A stretch of DNA of 28,110 nt, from the IMG/VR virus record IMGVR_UViG_651053022_000001, one strand, 5' to 3'. The stretch comes from a virus. Taxonomy: Duplodnaviria; Heunggongvirae; Uroviricota; Caudoviricetes. Shown here in pieces: positions 1 through 9,670 of the stretch. Position 1 is the stretch's first letter, and each line of letters starts with the position of its first letter. A model generated the notes under the pieces. That model saw only the letters and a list, made by a program, of their open reading frames with translations. It was not told where the DNA came from and did not search any database. A program made the translations under genes and the position numbers.

Positions 1-1293
<1,293 letters not shown>

Positions 1294-1410
1294 TACCCAA
1301 TTTTTCTGAATCTAAAAAGCGCCTGCGGGCGCTTTAAGTAGAGGTTTAATCATTTGAAAATAAATGGATTTTATTTTTAAGTGTCCATATAACGTCCATC
1401 TTTGAATGCA

Positions 1411-1450
1411 AAAAGCCCACAGCTTCTATGCTGTGGGCTTTGTTTTTTGG
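1411..1450 (+). terminator. rho-independent terminator downstream of serS
   Basis: GC stem gcccacag / ctgtgggc with 8-nt loop, followed by tttgttttttgg. A weaker hairpin (agcgcc/ggcgct) sits at about 1318-1333. Confidence 0.6.
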
Positions 1451-1470
1451 TGTCCTCATGAGTGAGGGAA

Positions 1471-1504
1471 CCAAAAAGAAAACCCGCAGTTTTTACGCTG
1501 CGGG
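1471..1504 (-). terminator. rho-independent terminator for the minus-strand hok-like transcript
   Basis: Stem cccgcag / ctgcggg; on the minus strand it is followed by ttttctttttgg. Confidence 0.45.
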
Positions 1505-1598
1505 CTTGTTGTTCACGTCAACTGGAAATAGGGTGCCTTTTCGACCTTTACCCTGGCAACCGATTGACGGGGAAGTTGCCTTCCCCGTCGCGGTTTCC

Positions 1599-1739
1599 TT
1601 ACTGCTTACACTGTAAGAACGCCGCAAACTCCGCTCCCCAGAAACTCATCCGTATTTCACACAGCGAACCGTGCAGCATCCAGATGATGAGGATTGCCGT
1701 CACGCAGAATGTGATGGCCGTAAGCGATTTTTGCGACAT
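1599..1739 (-). CDS. Hok/Gef-family type I toxin, 46 aa
   Basis: Hand-translated minus-strand ORF MSQKSLTAITFCVTAILIIWMLHGSLCEIRMSFWGAEFAAFLQCKQ: single TM helix, SLCEIR and E-x-AAF-L-x-C motifs typical of Hok proteins (closest to HokA by memory); AAGGAG Shine-Dalgarno 9 nt upstream. Below the 60-aa cutoff of the ORF track. Confidence 0.75.
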   Translation of the reverse strand: MSQKSLTAITFCVTAILIIWMLHGSLCEIRMSFWGAEFAAFLQCKQ

Positions 1740-1842
1740 AGCGCTTGCTCCTTTTTCGGGGAGGCGCTAACCTATCACTTGCTGAGGGTAGATGGTTAGG
1801 GCCTCGGGTTAACGTTAAAGTTGACTCGGGGCCTTTCCACAT
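1657..1842 (-). CDS. Mok-like overlapping reading frame (modulation of killing)
   Basis: 61-codon ORF in another frame that starts upstream of and fully overlaps the hok-like ORF, as mok does in hok/sok loci. Assignment is by position only; the sequence is not diagnostic. Confidence 0.4.
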   Translation of the reverse strand: MWKGPESTLTLTRGPNHLPSASDRLAPPRKRSKRYVAKIAYGHHILRDGNPHHLDAARFAV

Positions 1843-1930
1843 CTGGCCTTCGGGTATTCCCTCCGACCATCAGCCGAAAGGCACCCGCACGTAATCTATC
1901 GCTTTTTTGTTACTCCGGCAATTCTGCCTG

Positions 1931-2191
1931 TTAATTCTGAGATAAAGGCAAACTCATCTGATTGTTTCCCCTGTGTGAAGCTGGCAGATCATGCCACGGG
2001 ATACCTTCTGAAGAGTGAACGCCGGAGGCGTGTTTTGATGTGAATTTATGGAAAGCTTCCAGTGTTGAGAAGCATACGCCGCATTCCAGATTGTTACACT
2101 GGTAATACTTTTGCCGCACGGTGTTTGAATCATTTTCCGGACGACTGGTGCGGATACGGGCAGATGCGCCACAAAGCGGACAACGGAACAT
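1931..2191 (-). CDS. ogr: Ogr/Delta-family zinc-finger late-gene transcription activator
   Basis: MFRCPLCGASARIRTSR...YYQCNNLECGVCF matches the Cys4 zinc-finger layout of P2 Ogr; strong SD (aagggaggt) upstream; lies directly after gene D as in P2. Confidence 0.85.
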   Translation of the reverse strand: MFRCPLCGASARIRTSRPENDSNTVRQKYYQCNNLECGVCFSTLEAFHKFTSKHASGVHSSEGIPWHDLPASHRGNNQMSLPLSQN

Positions 2192-2231
2192 AGCGACCTC
2201 CCTTAACGTGGTGCTGCCTATTCTAAGTTGC

Positions 2232-3341
2232 TCACTCTGTTTCCGCTATCCATTCCGGGATTTTTGCCTCAAGCTCAAGCTGCGTGGTAAAACCGCTGTT
2301 ATCAATGGTGTGCTCGGCTTTTGCAATGATCCAGTCCTGATTATCAATCTCGCTTTTAAATCCTGTTACCGTGCCATGCATTTCGGGGTAGAGTTCTGCA
2401 CGTCCACGCGCCAGCGTGATGGAGAATGATGCGGCTCCGCGTTGTAGTTGCTGCCACTTTGCCGCCGCTGCGCGTCTTGCTGCCTGCTCGTTCTGATAAG
2501 TCTTGCGTAACACAAACACATTGCCTTCCGCGCCTTCCATATAATCACCTTCGCGGCTGCTGCTTTTCTCCTTTTTGGGTTTTGGCGGTTTACGGCGTTT
2601 CACGCTGACTTTTTTCTTTTTCCCGTAATTAAGATCAAGCCAGTAAGCGCGTACCCCCGTATACGCTTCGCGGTCAGCAATGCGGAACTGATGGCGATCG
2701 CCGCTGCTGCGTGTGATGGCAAACGATGGCAACGGCTGGCCCTGTGCGTTCACGCCACCGCCGGGCATGATGAATAACAGATTACCGCTTTTTACCGTGG
2801 TGATTGCGCCCAGCATTTCCGCCATGCGCGTAAGGAAGGACATGTCGCTTTCTTCGGTCTGGTCGGCGTGGTCGATTTCGATATCCATCAGCATTTCGCT
2901 GATTTGCGGTTTCAGACCATACCGATGAGCGATGGCGGATACCACACGCTCAACGGTCACATCATGCCAGGACACCTCACGTTTAACGTTAAATTCATCC
3001 CGAAAATCTGCGCTTCTGGCTGAAACAGTCAGCCTGTCCGGCGGTCCTTCGTGAGCGATTTCATCAACAATGTAAGTGCCTTTTTCTGTCAGCGGTTCTC
3101 CTTTCCAGCCAATGAGAACCGTCAGGCGCGCGCCCCGTGGCGGTAGCTGCAACTGACCATCCGCATCATCCAGCGTGATGGTGAGCTGGTCCGCCTCAAA
3201 TCCCCGGTTGTCGGTCAGTGACAGGCTCATCAGGCGCTCTGCCACGCCTGACAGCGTTTTACCCTCCGCGAGAATATCAAAATCCGGCATTTTCACGGGG
3301 TCTGTGCCCTGACTGAGCAATTGCATGGTGGTGTCGGTCAT
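2232..3341 (-). CDS. D: P2 gpD-like tail protein (late control protein D), 369 aa
   Basis: Length and sequence fit the phage late control D family; start chosen at internal Met (MTDTTMQLLSQ...) preceded by GGGAGGG; the track ORF extends to 3473 in the same frame. Confidence 0.85.
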   Translation of the reverse strand: MTDTTMQLLSQGTDPVKMPDFDILAEGKTLSGVAERLMSLSLTDNRGFEADQLTITLDDADGQLQLPPRGARLTVLIGWKGEPLTEKGTYIVDEIAHEGPPDRLTVSARSADFRDEFNVKREVSWHDVTVERVVSAIAHRYGLKPQISEMLMDIEIDHADQTEESDMSFLTRMAEMLGAITTVKSGNLLFIMPGGGVNAQGQPLPSFAITRSSGDRHQFRIADREAYTGVRAYWLDLNYGKKKKVSVKRRKPPKPKKEKSSSREGDYMEGAEGNVFVLRKTYQNEQAARRAAAAKWQQLQRGAASFSITLARGRAELYPEMHGTVTGFKSEIDNQDWIIAKAEHTIDNSGFTTQLELEAKIPEWIAETE

Positions 3342-3498
3342 CTGCTCCCTCCCTGTGCGGCATGGTCGCATGTGCGTGCGGAGGGGGTTACTGCTTTTTG
3401 TTGTCGCCGTGGCGGGAGAACGGCGCAGGGGTGAGATTACGCGCGTGGTGGGTGATGATTGTTGCCGAATCATTTAACGGATACAAGGGGCTGAAGCT

Positions 3499-4683
3499 AT
3501 GAGTGAAACTCGTTTTCATGGTGCCCGTGTCACGGAAAGTACCGACCTGGTAACAGCGATTAATGATGTTGATTCCAGCGTTATCGGTATCGTGGCAACG
3601 GCGGATGATGCGGATGCGGAGCTGTTCCCGCTGAACAAGCCCACACTGCTGACCCGCGTCAATGACGTGCTGGGAAAATGCGGGACTACGGGGACGCTTT
3701 ATCGTGCGCTTAAGGCTATCGCAGACCAGGTGAGCACAAAAGTGATCGTCGTTCGCGTGGCTGAACACAAAGAAGAAGGCGGTAGGACGCAGGATCAACT
3801 GGTTATCGGTGGTTCTGAATCTGACGGCAGCTATACGGGGATGTATGCGCTGCTTGTTGCAGAGCAGGATGAAAGCATCGGATACCGTCCGCGTATTCTG
3901 GCCGCGCCGGAGCTGGACACGGAGGCGGTGACAAAATCCCTGTGCGTGATTGCGGGTAAACTGCGCGCGTTTGTGTATGCCACATGTCATGGTTGTAACA
4001 CGATGGCTGAGGCGATTACCTACCGCCAGAAATTCAACGAACGTGAGGTGATGCTCTTATGGCCTGACTTCATCGCCTACAACCCGAAAAGTGGCAAAAA
4101 CGAAACGTTCCCCGCGCCTGCTTATGCGTGCGGCCTTCGTGCGTACATTGACCATGAGCAGGGCTGGCACAAATCGCTGTCCAACGTTCCGGTTAAAAAT
4201 GTGCTGGGGATGTCGAGGCATGTGTTCTGGTCGTTACAGGCCGAAGACAGTGATGCCAACAGCCTCAACAACAAAGAAATCACGACCATTATTCGTCGTA
4301 ACGGGTTCCGCTTCTGGGGCAACCGCACACCGGAAACGAACGCCTACATCTTTGAGGTGTATACCCGAACCGCACAGGTGCTGGCTGATTCAATTGCGGA
4401 AGCGCAGTTTGAAACCATCGACAGTCCACTGACGCCTGCGAACGTGAAGGATGTTATCAGTGCCATCAGGGCAAAATTGGATTCGCTGGTTACTGCCGGG
4501 AAACTGATTGGCGCGGAGTGCTGGTATGACGTGGTGGATAACGGCACCACGGATTTACGTCAGGGGCGTGTGCGTATTCGCTACAAATATACGCCCGTTC
4601 CCCCGCTGGAAGACATGGAGCTTTACCAGACGTTTACTGATGAATTCTTTGGTCCCGCATTTGCGGTGCTGGGAGGTGCCTGA
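3499..4683 (+). CDS. FI: contractile tail sheath protein (P2 gpFI-like)
   Basis: 394 aa with tail sheath family features; SD aagggg upstream; stop overlaps the FII start (TGATG). Confidence 0.92.
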   Translation: MSETRFHGARVTESTDLVTAINDVDSSVIGIVATADDADAELFPLNKPTLLTRVNDVLGKCGTTGTLYRALKAIADQVSTKVIVVRVAEHKEEGGRTQDQLVIGGSESDGSYTGMYALLVAEQDESIGYRPRILAAPELDTEAVTKSLCVIAGKLRAFVYATCHGCNTMAEAITYRQKFNEREVMLLWPDFIAYNPKSGKNETFPAPAYACGLRAYIDHEQGWHKSLSNVPVKNVLGMSRHVFWSLQAEDSDANSLNNKEITTIIRRNGFRFWGNRTPETNAYIFEVYTRTAQVLADSIAEAQFETIDSPLTPANVKDVISAIRAKLDSLVTAGKLIGAECWYDVVDNGTTDLRQGRVRIRYKYTPVPPLEDMELYQTFTDEFFGPAFAVLGGA

Positions 4684-5195
4684 TGGCTGTACCAAAACAT
4701 CTTCGCTTTTTTACGTTGTTTGTGGATGGTGAAAACGAAGTGGGTAAAGTGACATCCGTCACGCCGCCCAAACTGACGCGCAAAACCGACAGCTATCGTG
4801 GTGGTGGCATGATGGGAGCAGTAAGTATTGATCTCGGTCTGGACGACTCCGCGCTTGATGCGAGCTTTGTCATGGGGGGAGCTGTTCGTGCACTGTTCCT
4901 TAAGTATGGCGGCACGATTGACGGCACGCTGCTGCGTTTTGCGGGTGAATATTACACCGATGCAGAAAGCGATCTGTATGAAATCGAGATGCGCGGGCGT
5001 GTGACGGAAATTGATATGGGGGAGGCCAAACAGGGCGAAGCCACATCACACACTTACGCTGTCAAAAACACCTACTACAAGCTGAGCGTTAACGATCGCC
5101 CGCTGTGGGAAATCGACCTGTTGAACCACATCTACCGGAAGGACGGCAAGGACATTGTGCCTGACCGCATTCGTTCCGCGCTTGGGCTTGGCTGA
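4683..5195 (+). CDS. FII: tail tube protein (P2 gpFII-like)
   Basis: 170 aa, directly after the sheath gene with a 1-nt overlap. Confidence 0.9.
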   Translation: MAVPKHLRFFTLFVDGENEVGKVTSVTPPKLTRKTDSYRGGGMMGAVSIDLGLDDSALDASFVMGGAVRALFLKYGGTIDGTLLRFAGEYYTDAESDLYEIEMRGRVTEIDMGEAKQGEATSHTYAVKNTYYKLSVNDRPLWEIDLLNHIYRKDGKDIVPDRIRSALGLG

Positions 5196-5250
5196 TAAGT
5201 AATATGCAGGCGGCGCAGTGCGTCGCCTCTGACTGAAAAGGAGACAACTG

Positions 5251-5625
5251 ATGAAAGATATCGATACTGAAACCCGGAATAACACCGTAGCGGATGATGT
5301 GACGTCAGGTGAGGATATGGCTGTCGAACGTGGTGTAAAACTTTCCCGGCCAATTGAGCGTGGTGCCGAAAAAATCACATATGTGGAGATCACCGGGGCT
5401 ATTGAGCAGGCGGGATCCCTGCGTGGTCTGTCGCTGTCTGATGTGCTGAATCTGAAAGCGGATACCATGTTCACGCTGTTGCCTCGCGTGACCTCGCCAC
5501 GACTGGATGAAGTGATGATTAAAAAAATGTCGTCACGCGATTTTATTCAGTTGTGCGCTGTGGCTGTAAATTTTATGAGCGAGCCAGACTCTGGCGCGAA
5601 GAGCGTGCAGGAGACGGCAGCGTAA
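5251..5625 (+). CDS. E: tail assembly chaperone (P2 gpE-like)
   Basis: 124-aa ORF between tube and tape measure; AAGGAG SD upstream. Confidence 0.8.
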   Translation: MKDIDTETRNNTVADDVTSGEDMAVERGVKLSRPIERGAEKITYVEITGAIEQAGSLRGLSLSDVLNLKADTMFTLLPRVTSPRLDEVMIKKMSSRDFIQLCAVAVNFMSEPDSGAKSVQETAA

Positions 5626-5789
5626 TCACCCTGGTGTGCTTTGAGCACATCGAAGATCTGGTGGCGGATATTGCCGCCATTTTCAACTGGTCGCCCGCCG
5701 AAATCTTCATGATGACGCCCGGCGAAGTGGTTAGCTGGCGTGAGCGGGCGGCACTTCGCAGCGGGAATGCAGATAATGAAGACTCTTGA
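5251..5789 (+). CDS. tail assembly chaperone E+E' fusion by programmed -1 ribosomal frameshift (about 179 aa)
   Basis: The -1 frame is open from 5523 to 5789 and overlaps the 3' end of E and the 5' end of T; a canonical heptamer A_AAT_TTT at 5568-5574 is in the correct phase of E. Confidence 0.6.
5568..5574 (+). promoter_or_regulatory. candidate -1 frameshift slippery heptamer AAATTTT (E to E')
   Basis: X_XXY_YYZ pattern with zero-frame codons AAT TTT. The alternative TAAAAAA at 5520-5526 is less canonical. Confidence 0.5.
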
Positions 5790-8583
5790 CATCCGGGTCG
5801 CTTTCAGCGCCGTTGACAGGCTGACCCGGCCTGCCGAAAACGCCCGCCGCCTGATGGGGCAGTTTGGTGACTCCATTCAGCGAACGCAGGGGGCGATCAA
5901 AAATCTCGAGCGTCAGGCGCGTTCATTTGAGCGCGCCCGCGACGCTGTCAGTAAAGCGGATGCGGGTATCGTGAAAGCACGACGCCAGCTTAACGCCCTT
6001 AATCAGTTACAACGCACGGGTACAGTGCTCAGCGAAAAACAACAAAAGCTGATGCAGCAGTTAAGCACCCGGCTTGAACGCCTGAATGAATCGCGCACAC
6101 GGGAAATTCAGAAAATGCGGGAGCTTGGCGGAGAACTGAAACGCCACGGCATTTCCCTGACAGGCAGCGATAACACCATCCAGCAGGCCATCAGACGCAC
6201 CGAACAATACAACAACCAGCTTGAACGCGAACGGCAGGCGCTTGCGCGTGTAACGCAGGCTCGTGAGCGGTATTCGCGCGCGCAGGAAACCGCGGGAAAA
6301 CTGAAAACAGGTGGTGCGCTGGCAATTGGTGCGGCAGCGGCGGGCGGCTATGCTGCCGGGCGTTTTTTGCAGCCCGCGATCGGGTTCGGCAAAGAGATGT
6401 CCCGCGTTCAGGCGCTGACGCGAATCGACAAAAACAGCCCGCAGTTTAAGGCGCTGCGTGAGCAGGCGTTAAAACTTGGCTCTGAAACACAGTTTACTGC
6501 GAGTGATGCCGCCAGTGGGCAGAGCTTTCTGGCAATGGCTGGTTTTACTCCGCAGGCCATTCAGGCCGCATTGCCCGGTGTTCTTAATATGGCGCTGGCA
6601 GGTGGCGTCGAACTCGGCGAGACGGCTGATATAGGCTCCAATATCCTCACACAGTTCAACCTGACAGCCGATCAAATGGACCGGGTTGGCGATACGCTGA
6701 CAGCGGCATTCACCCGGACCAATACTGATTTACGCGCGCTGGGCGAAACCATGAAGTATACCGGTCCGGTTGCCGCAAAACTTGGTATCAGTCTTGAAGA
6801 AGCGGCAGCCATGGCCGGGATGCTTGCCAATAATGGTCTTCGTGGAAGCGATGCTGGTACGGCCATGCGCGCAAGTCTGTCCCGCCTTGCATCACCGCCA
6901 AAAGCTGCGGCTGATGCGCTGAAAGAGCTGGGGGTGTCAGTTGCTGACGCCAGAGGCAAAATGCGCCCGATGGAGGATGTGCTGCTTGATCTCTATAAGG
7001 CGACACAAAAATACGGACAGGTGGACCAGGTTTCCTTCTTCAAGGACATCGCCGGAGAAGAGGCGTTCGTTGGTTTGCAGACGCTTGTTGCGGCGGCTGG
7101 TTCAGGAGAGCTGCAAAAACTGACCAGAGAATTGCAGGGGGCAAGGGGAGAGGCCGATCGCGTTGCAAAAGTAATGGCCGATAATCTTGATGGGGACCTG
7201 AAAAATCTCGACAGCGCATGGGAAGGTCTTCGTATTCGCATCAGTGATCTGGTTGACGGTCCGCTGCGTTCTGTCACGCAGTGGCTCACGCGGGTGCTTG
7301 AAAAAATCACCTCGCTGGCGCAGGCCCATCCGGTACTGACGCGCCAGCTACTGATAGCAGGCGGTGCGTTGCTGGCAATGACTGCAACGGTTGGCTCGTT
7401 GTCGCTGGCTATTGGTGTGCTTGCTGGCCCGCTGGCAAAACTGCGTCTTGGCTTTTCCCTCCTGACCGGTTCAATGAATGCTGTCAGACTCCTGCCAGCA
7501 CTATGGGGAATGGTGACGGGTTCCGTTTCGTTACTGGGGGGCGCTATCGGGGCGTTGTTCAGTCCGGTCGGCCTTATCGTGGCTGCGCTTGCCGGAGCTG
7601 CCGTTCTCATCTGGAAATACTGGGATCCCATCAGGGCATTTTTTGCCGGGGTGTTCAGCGGGATTATGGAAAGGCTGACCCCGTTGCGCGAAACCTTTGA
7701 ACGGTTTGGTCCTGTTTTTGACGCAATCGGGAGTGGGATCAGCCAGGTGTTTAACTGGTTTAAATCGCTGCTGTCTCCGATGGAGTCCAGCAAGGAAACT
7801 CTGGATAAATGTACCAGTGCTGGCGAGATATTCGGTAACGTTCTTGGCGGTGCGTTACAACTTGTTCTGACACCTGCAAAAATGTTGCTGGATACGCTGG
7901 CGTGGATACTTGAAAAGCTTGGTGTGCTTCCGGATGAAGCGGAAAGGGCGCGCAAGAAAATCGAAGACGCACAGCGTGCGGCCATTCTTCAGGACAAGGT
8001 TGCCTTGCTTCAGGGGGACCTGGCGAAAATCAATCCGCCGAAGCCTGTGGAAAATGGCAATGGCACCGGAGGTGATAACCCCAAAGACAATAAACCGCTC
8101 ACAGACAGCAATACCGGTACGCTGCGCAGACTCAGCAAAATTGCTGATAACACAGGTAAGCTGGTTGAGGAGACGAAAAAACGCATTGGCCCCGGCGATA
8201 TTGTCTTTAAAAACCTGCCCCGAGCACTTGCTGTTCGTGGGGAGTGGCAGGAGCGGAAGATTGCGCAGGTCAGTAAGCCTGCCCCCGCAATTAATATCAC
8301 ACCCGTGGTCCCGGCTCCGCTGCCTCCGGCGCTGGTCCCTGTTGTTGCGGCCAGCTCCCGCCCGGTGGCGGAGGCTATACGATCTCCAGTGGCATCAGTT
8401 CCTGTAACTTCCCGTAACCGGGAGCCTGTTGCCTCCGGATTTGGTGGTGAAATTCATGTTCATCTGCATAACGTTGTTACGCAGAATCCCCGCGAACTGG
8501 CGAAACTGGTCGGTGAAATGGTCAGGGCAGAAATGGAACGGCGCGCCCGTGCCGGGCGTGGCAGTTTTTACGATAAAGATTGA
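5776..8583 (+). CDS. T: tail tape measure protein (P2 gpT-like)
   Basis: About 935 aa; coiled-coil N-terminal half, Gly/Ala-rich hydrophobic middle, position after E/E'. Start ambiguous (GTG 5740, ATG 5767 or ATG 5776). Confidence 0.9.
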   Translation: MKTLDIRVAFSAVDRLTRPAENARRLMGQFGDSIQRTQGAIKNLERQARSFERARDAVSKADAGIVKARRQLNALNQLQRTGTVLSEKQQKLMQQLSTRLERLNESRTREIQKMRELGGELKRHGISLTGSDNTIQQAIRRTEQYNNQLERERQALARVTQARERYSRAQETAGKLKTGGALAIGAAAAGGYAAGRFLQPAIGFGKEMSRVQALTRIDKNSPQFKALREQALKLGSETQFTASDAASGQSFLAMAGFTPQAIQAALPGVLNMALAGGVELGETADIGSNILTQFNLTADQMDRVGDTLTAAFTRTNTDLRALGETMKYTGPVAAKLGISLEEAAAMAGMLANNGLRGSDAGTAMRASLSRLASPPKAAADALKELGVSVADARGKMRPMEDVLLDLYKATQKYGQVDQVSFFKDIAGEEAFVGLQTLVAAAGSGELQKLTRELQGARGEADRVAKVMADNLDGDLKNLDSAWEGLRIRISDLVDGPLRSVTQWLTRVLEKITSLAQAHPVLTRQLLIAGGALLAMTATVGSLSLAIGVLAGPLAKLRLGFSLLTGSMNAVRLLPALWGMVTGSVSLLGGAIGALFSPVGLIVAALAGAAVLIWKYWDPIRAFFAGVFSGIMERLTPLRETFERFGPVFDAIGSGISQVFNWFKSLLSPMESSKETLDKCTSAGEIFGNVLGGALQLVLTPAKMLLDTLAWILEKLGVLPDEAERARKKIEDAQRAAILQDKVALLQGDLAKINPPKPVENGNGTGGDNPKDNKPLTDSNTGTLRRLSKIADNTGKLVEETKKRIGPGDIVFKNLPRALAVRGEWQERKIAQVSKPAPAINITPVVPAPLPPALVPVVAASSRPVAEAIRSPVASVPVTSRNREPVASGFGGEIHVHLHNVVTQNPRELAKLVGEMVRAEMERRARAGRGSFYDKD

Positions 8584-8595
8584 GGAGTCATGGCC

Positions 8596-9084
8596 ATGAT
8601 GATGATCTACGGCATGTTTGTTTTTGAGCTGCGCACGCTGCCGCATCAGCAGTTACAGCAAAACAAAAGCTGGCGGCATGTGAAAAATGAACGCGTTAAC
8701 CGTTCAGCAAGCTGGCAGTATATCGGTGCAGGTGATGATCGCATCGTTCTTTCTGGTGTGCTTTATCCTGAAATTACAGGTGGCGAAGTGTCGCTGTCGC
8801 TGCTGACCACGCAGGCGTATACAGGACGACCCTGGCCTTTGATTGATGGCGTCGGGCAGATTTACGGCATGTATGTCCTGACTGAAACGAATACGACCCG
8901 CTCCGAGTTTGATCGCTACGGTAAGGCGAAAAAGATAGAATTTTCACTGACTCTTGAACGCTGTGATGAGGATTTGCGGGAGCGCCTGCAATCCTCATCG
9001 TTCAGTGATATGCTGTCCGGCTTCAAAGATAAGGTGACATCATCTCTTAACAGCGCGGCCAGTTCAGTTAAAGGGCTGTTCTGA
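8596..9084 (+). CDS. U: tail protein (P2 gpU-like)
   Basis: MMMIYGMFVFELRTLPHQ... matches the gpU family; GAGGAG SD 8 nt upstream of ATG 8596 (alternative ATG 8590). Confidence 0.88.
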   Translation: MMMIYGMFVFELRTLPHQQLQQNKSWRHVKNERVNRSASWQYIGAGDDRIVLSGVLYPEITGGEVSLSLLTTQAYTGRPWPLIDGVGQIYGMYVLTETNTTRSEFDRYGKAKKIEFSLTLERCDEDLRERLQSSSFSDMLSGFKDKVTSSLNSAASSVKGLF

Positions 9085-9092
9085 TTTAACAC

Positions 9093-9129
9093 AAAAACCG
9101 CTAATGGTCAGATTAGCGGTTTTCATTTT
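9093..9129. terminator. bidirectional hairpin between U and the invertase remnant
   Basis: Stem ccgctaat / attagcgg flanked by an A-run and a T-run. Confidence 0.5.
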
Positions 9130-9670
9130 CCTGAGTCTGCCCGGTTGTTTCTTCAGTCTGTATATCGCCTACAGGGTGATAACGATAAATCGTCGATGTG
9201 CCAATGCCGTAAATTATTGCCAGTTGTTTTCTGTCGTGCCCGTTTTTGATTAGCCTTGCTATTTGCTCATGCTGTTCTTTTGTCAGCTTCGGTCGACGTC
9301 CGCCTGTGCGCCCCCTTGCGCGCGCTGCCGCCAGCCCGGCCAGTGTACGTTCAACAATTAATTCACGTTCCATTTCAGCCAGGGCACCCATCACGTGGAA
9401 GAAAAAACGCCCCATTGGAGAAGATGTGTCTATGCTGTCGGTCAGACTGCGAAAATTAATCCCTCGCTCCCGTAGTTCCCCGACGAGAGAAATCAGATGT
9501 TTCATGCTTCGCCCGAGGCGATCCAGTTTCCAGACAACCAGCGTGTCACCTTTTTGAAGGCGCTTTAAAGCGCGTTTTAATCCCGGTCGGTCTGTCTTTG
9601 TCCCGCTTAATTTATCTTCAAATATTTGTTCACATCCTGCACAAACAAGAGCGTTTCGTTGCAGGTCTTT
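9113..9670 (-). pseudogene. Gin/Pin/Cin/Hin-family serine DNA invertase, 5'-truncated
   Basis: Hand translation upstream of the track ORF gives KDLQRNALVCAGCEQIFEDKLSGTKTDRPGLKRALKRLQKGDTLVVWKLDRLGRSMKHLISLVGELRERGINFRSLTDSIDTSSPMGRFFFHVMGALAEMERELIVERTLAGLAAARARGR..., near-identical to Gin as I recall it from the equivalent of residue 16 onward. An in-frame TAA at 9671-9673 removes the first ~15 residues including the catalytic serine. Confidence 0.85.

Noticed and set aside
1294-1930. tRNA gene or integrase at the prophage border
   Set aside because: No cloverleaf-capable sequence or conserved tRNA boxes seen by eye, and no tyrosine recombinase ORF anywhere in the window.
3342-3498. Ogr-dependent late promoter motif (TGT-N12-ACA) upstream of FI, and likewise between P and O (14074-14227)
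   Set aside because: Expected by analogy with P2, but no exact TGT-N12-ACA match found by manual scanning, so no promoter coordinates are asserted.
6993-7985. 330-aa minus-strand ORF inside the tape measure gene
   Set aside because: Ser/Ala/Pro-rich antisense product of a GC- and Ala-rich coding region; the tape measure assignment explains the sequence.
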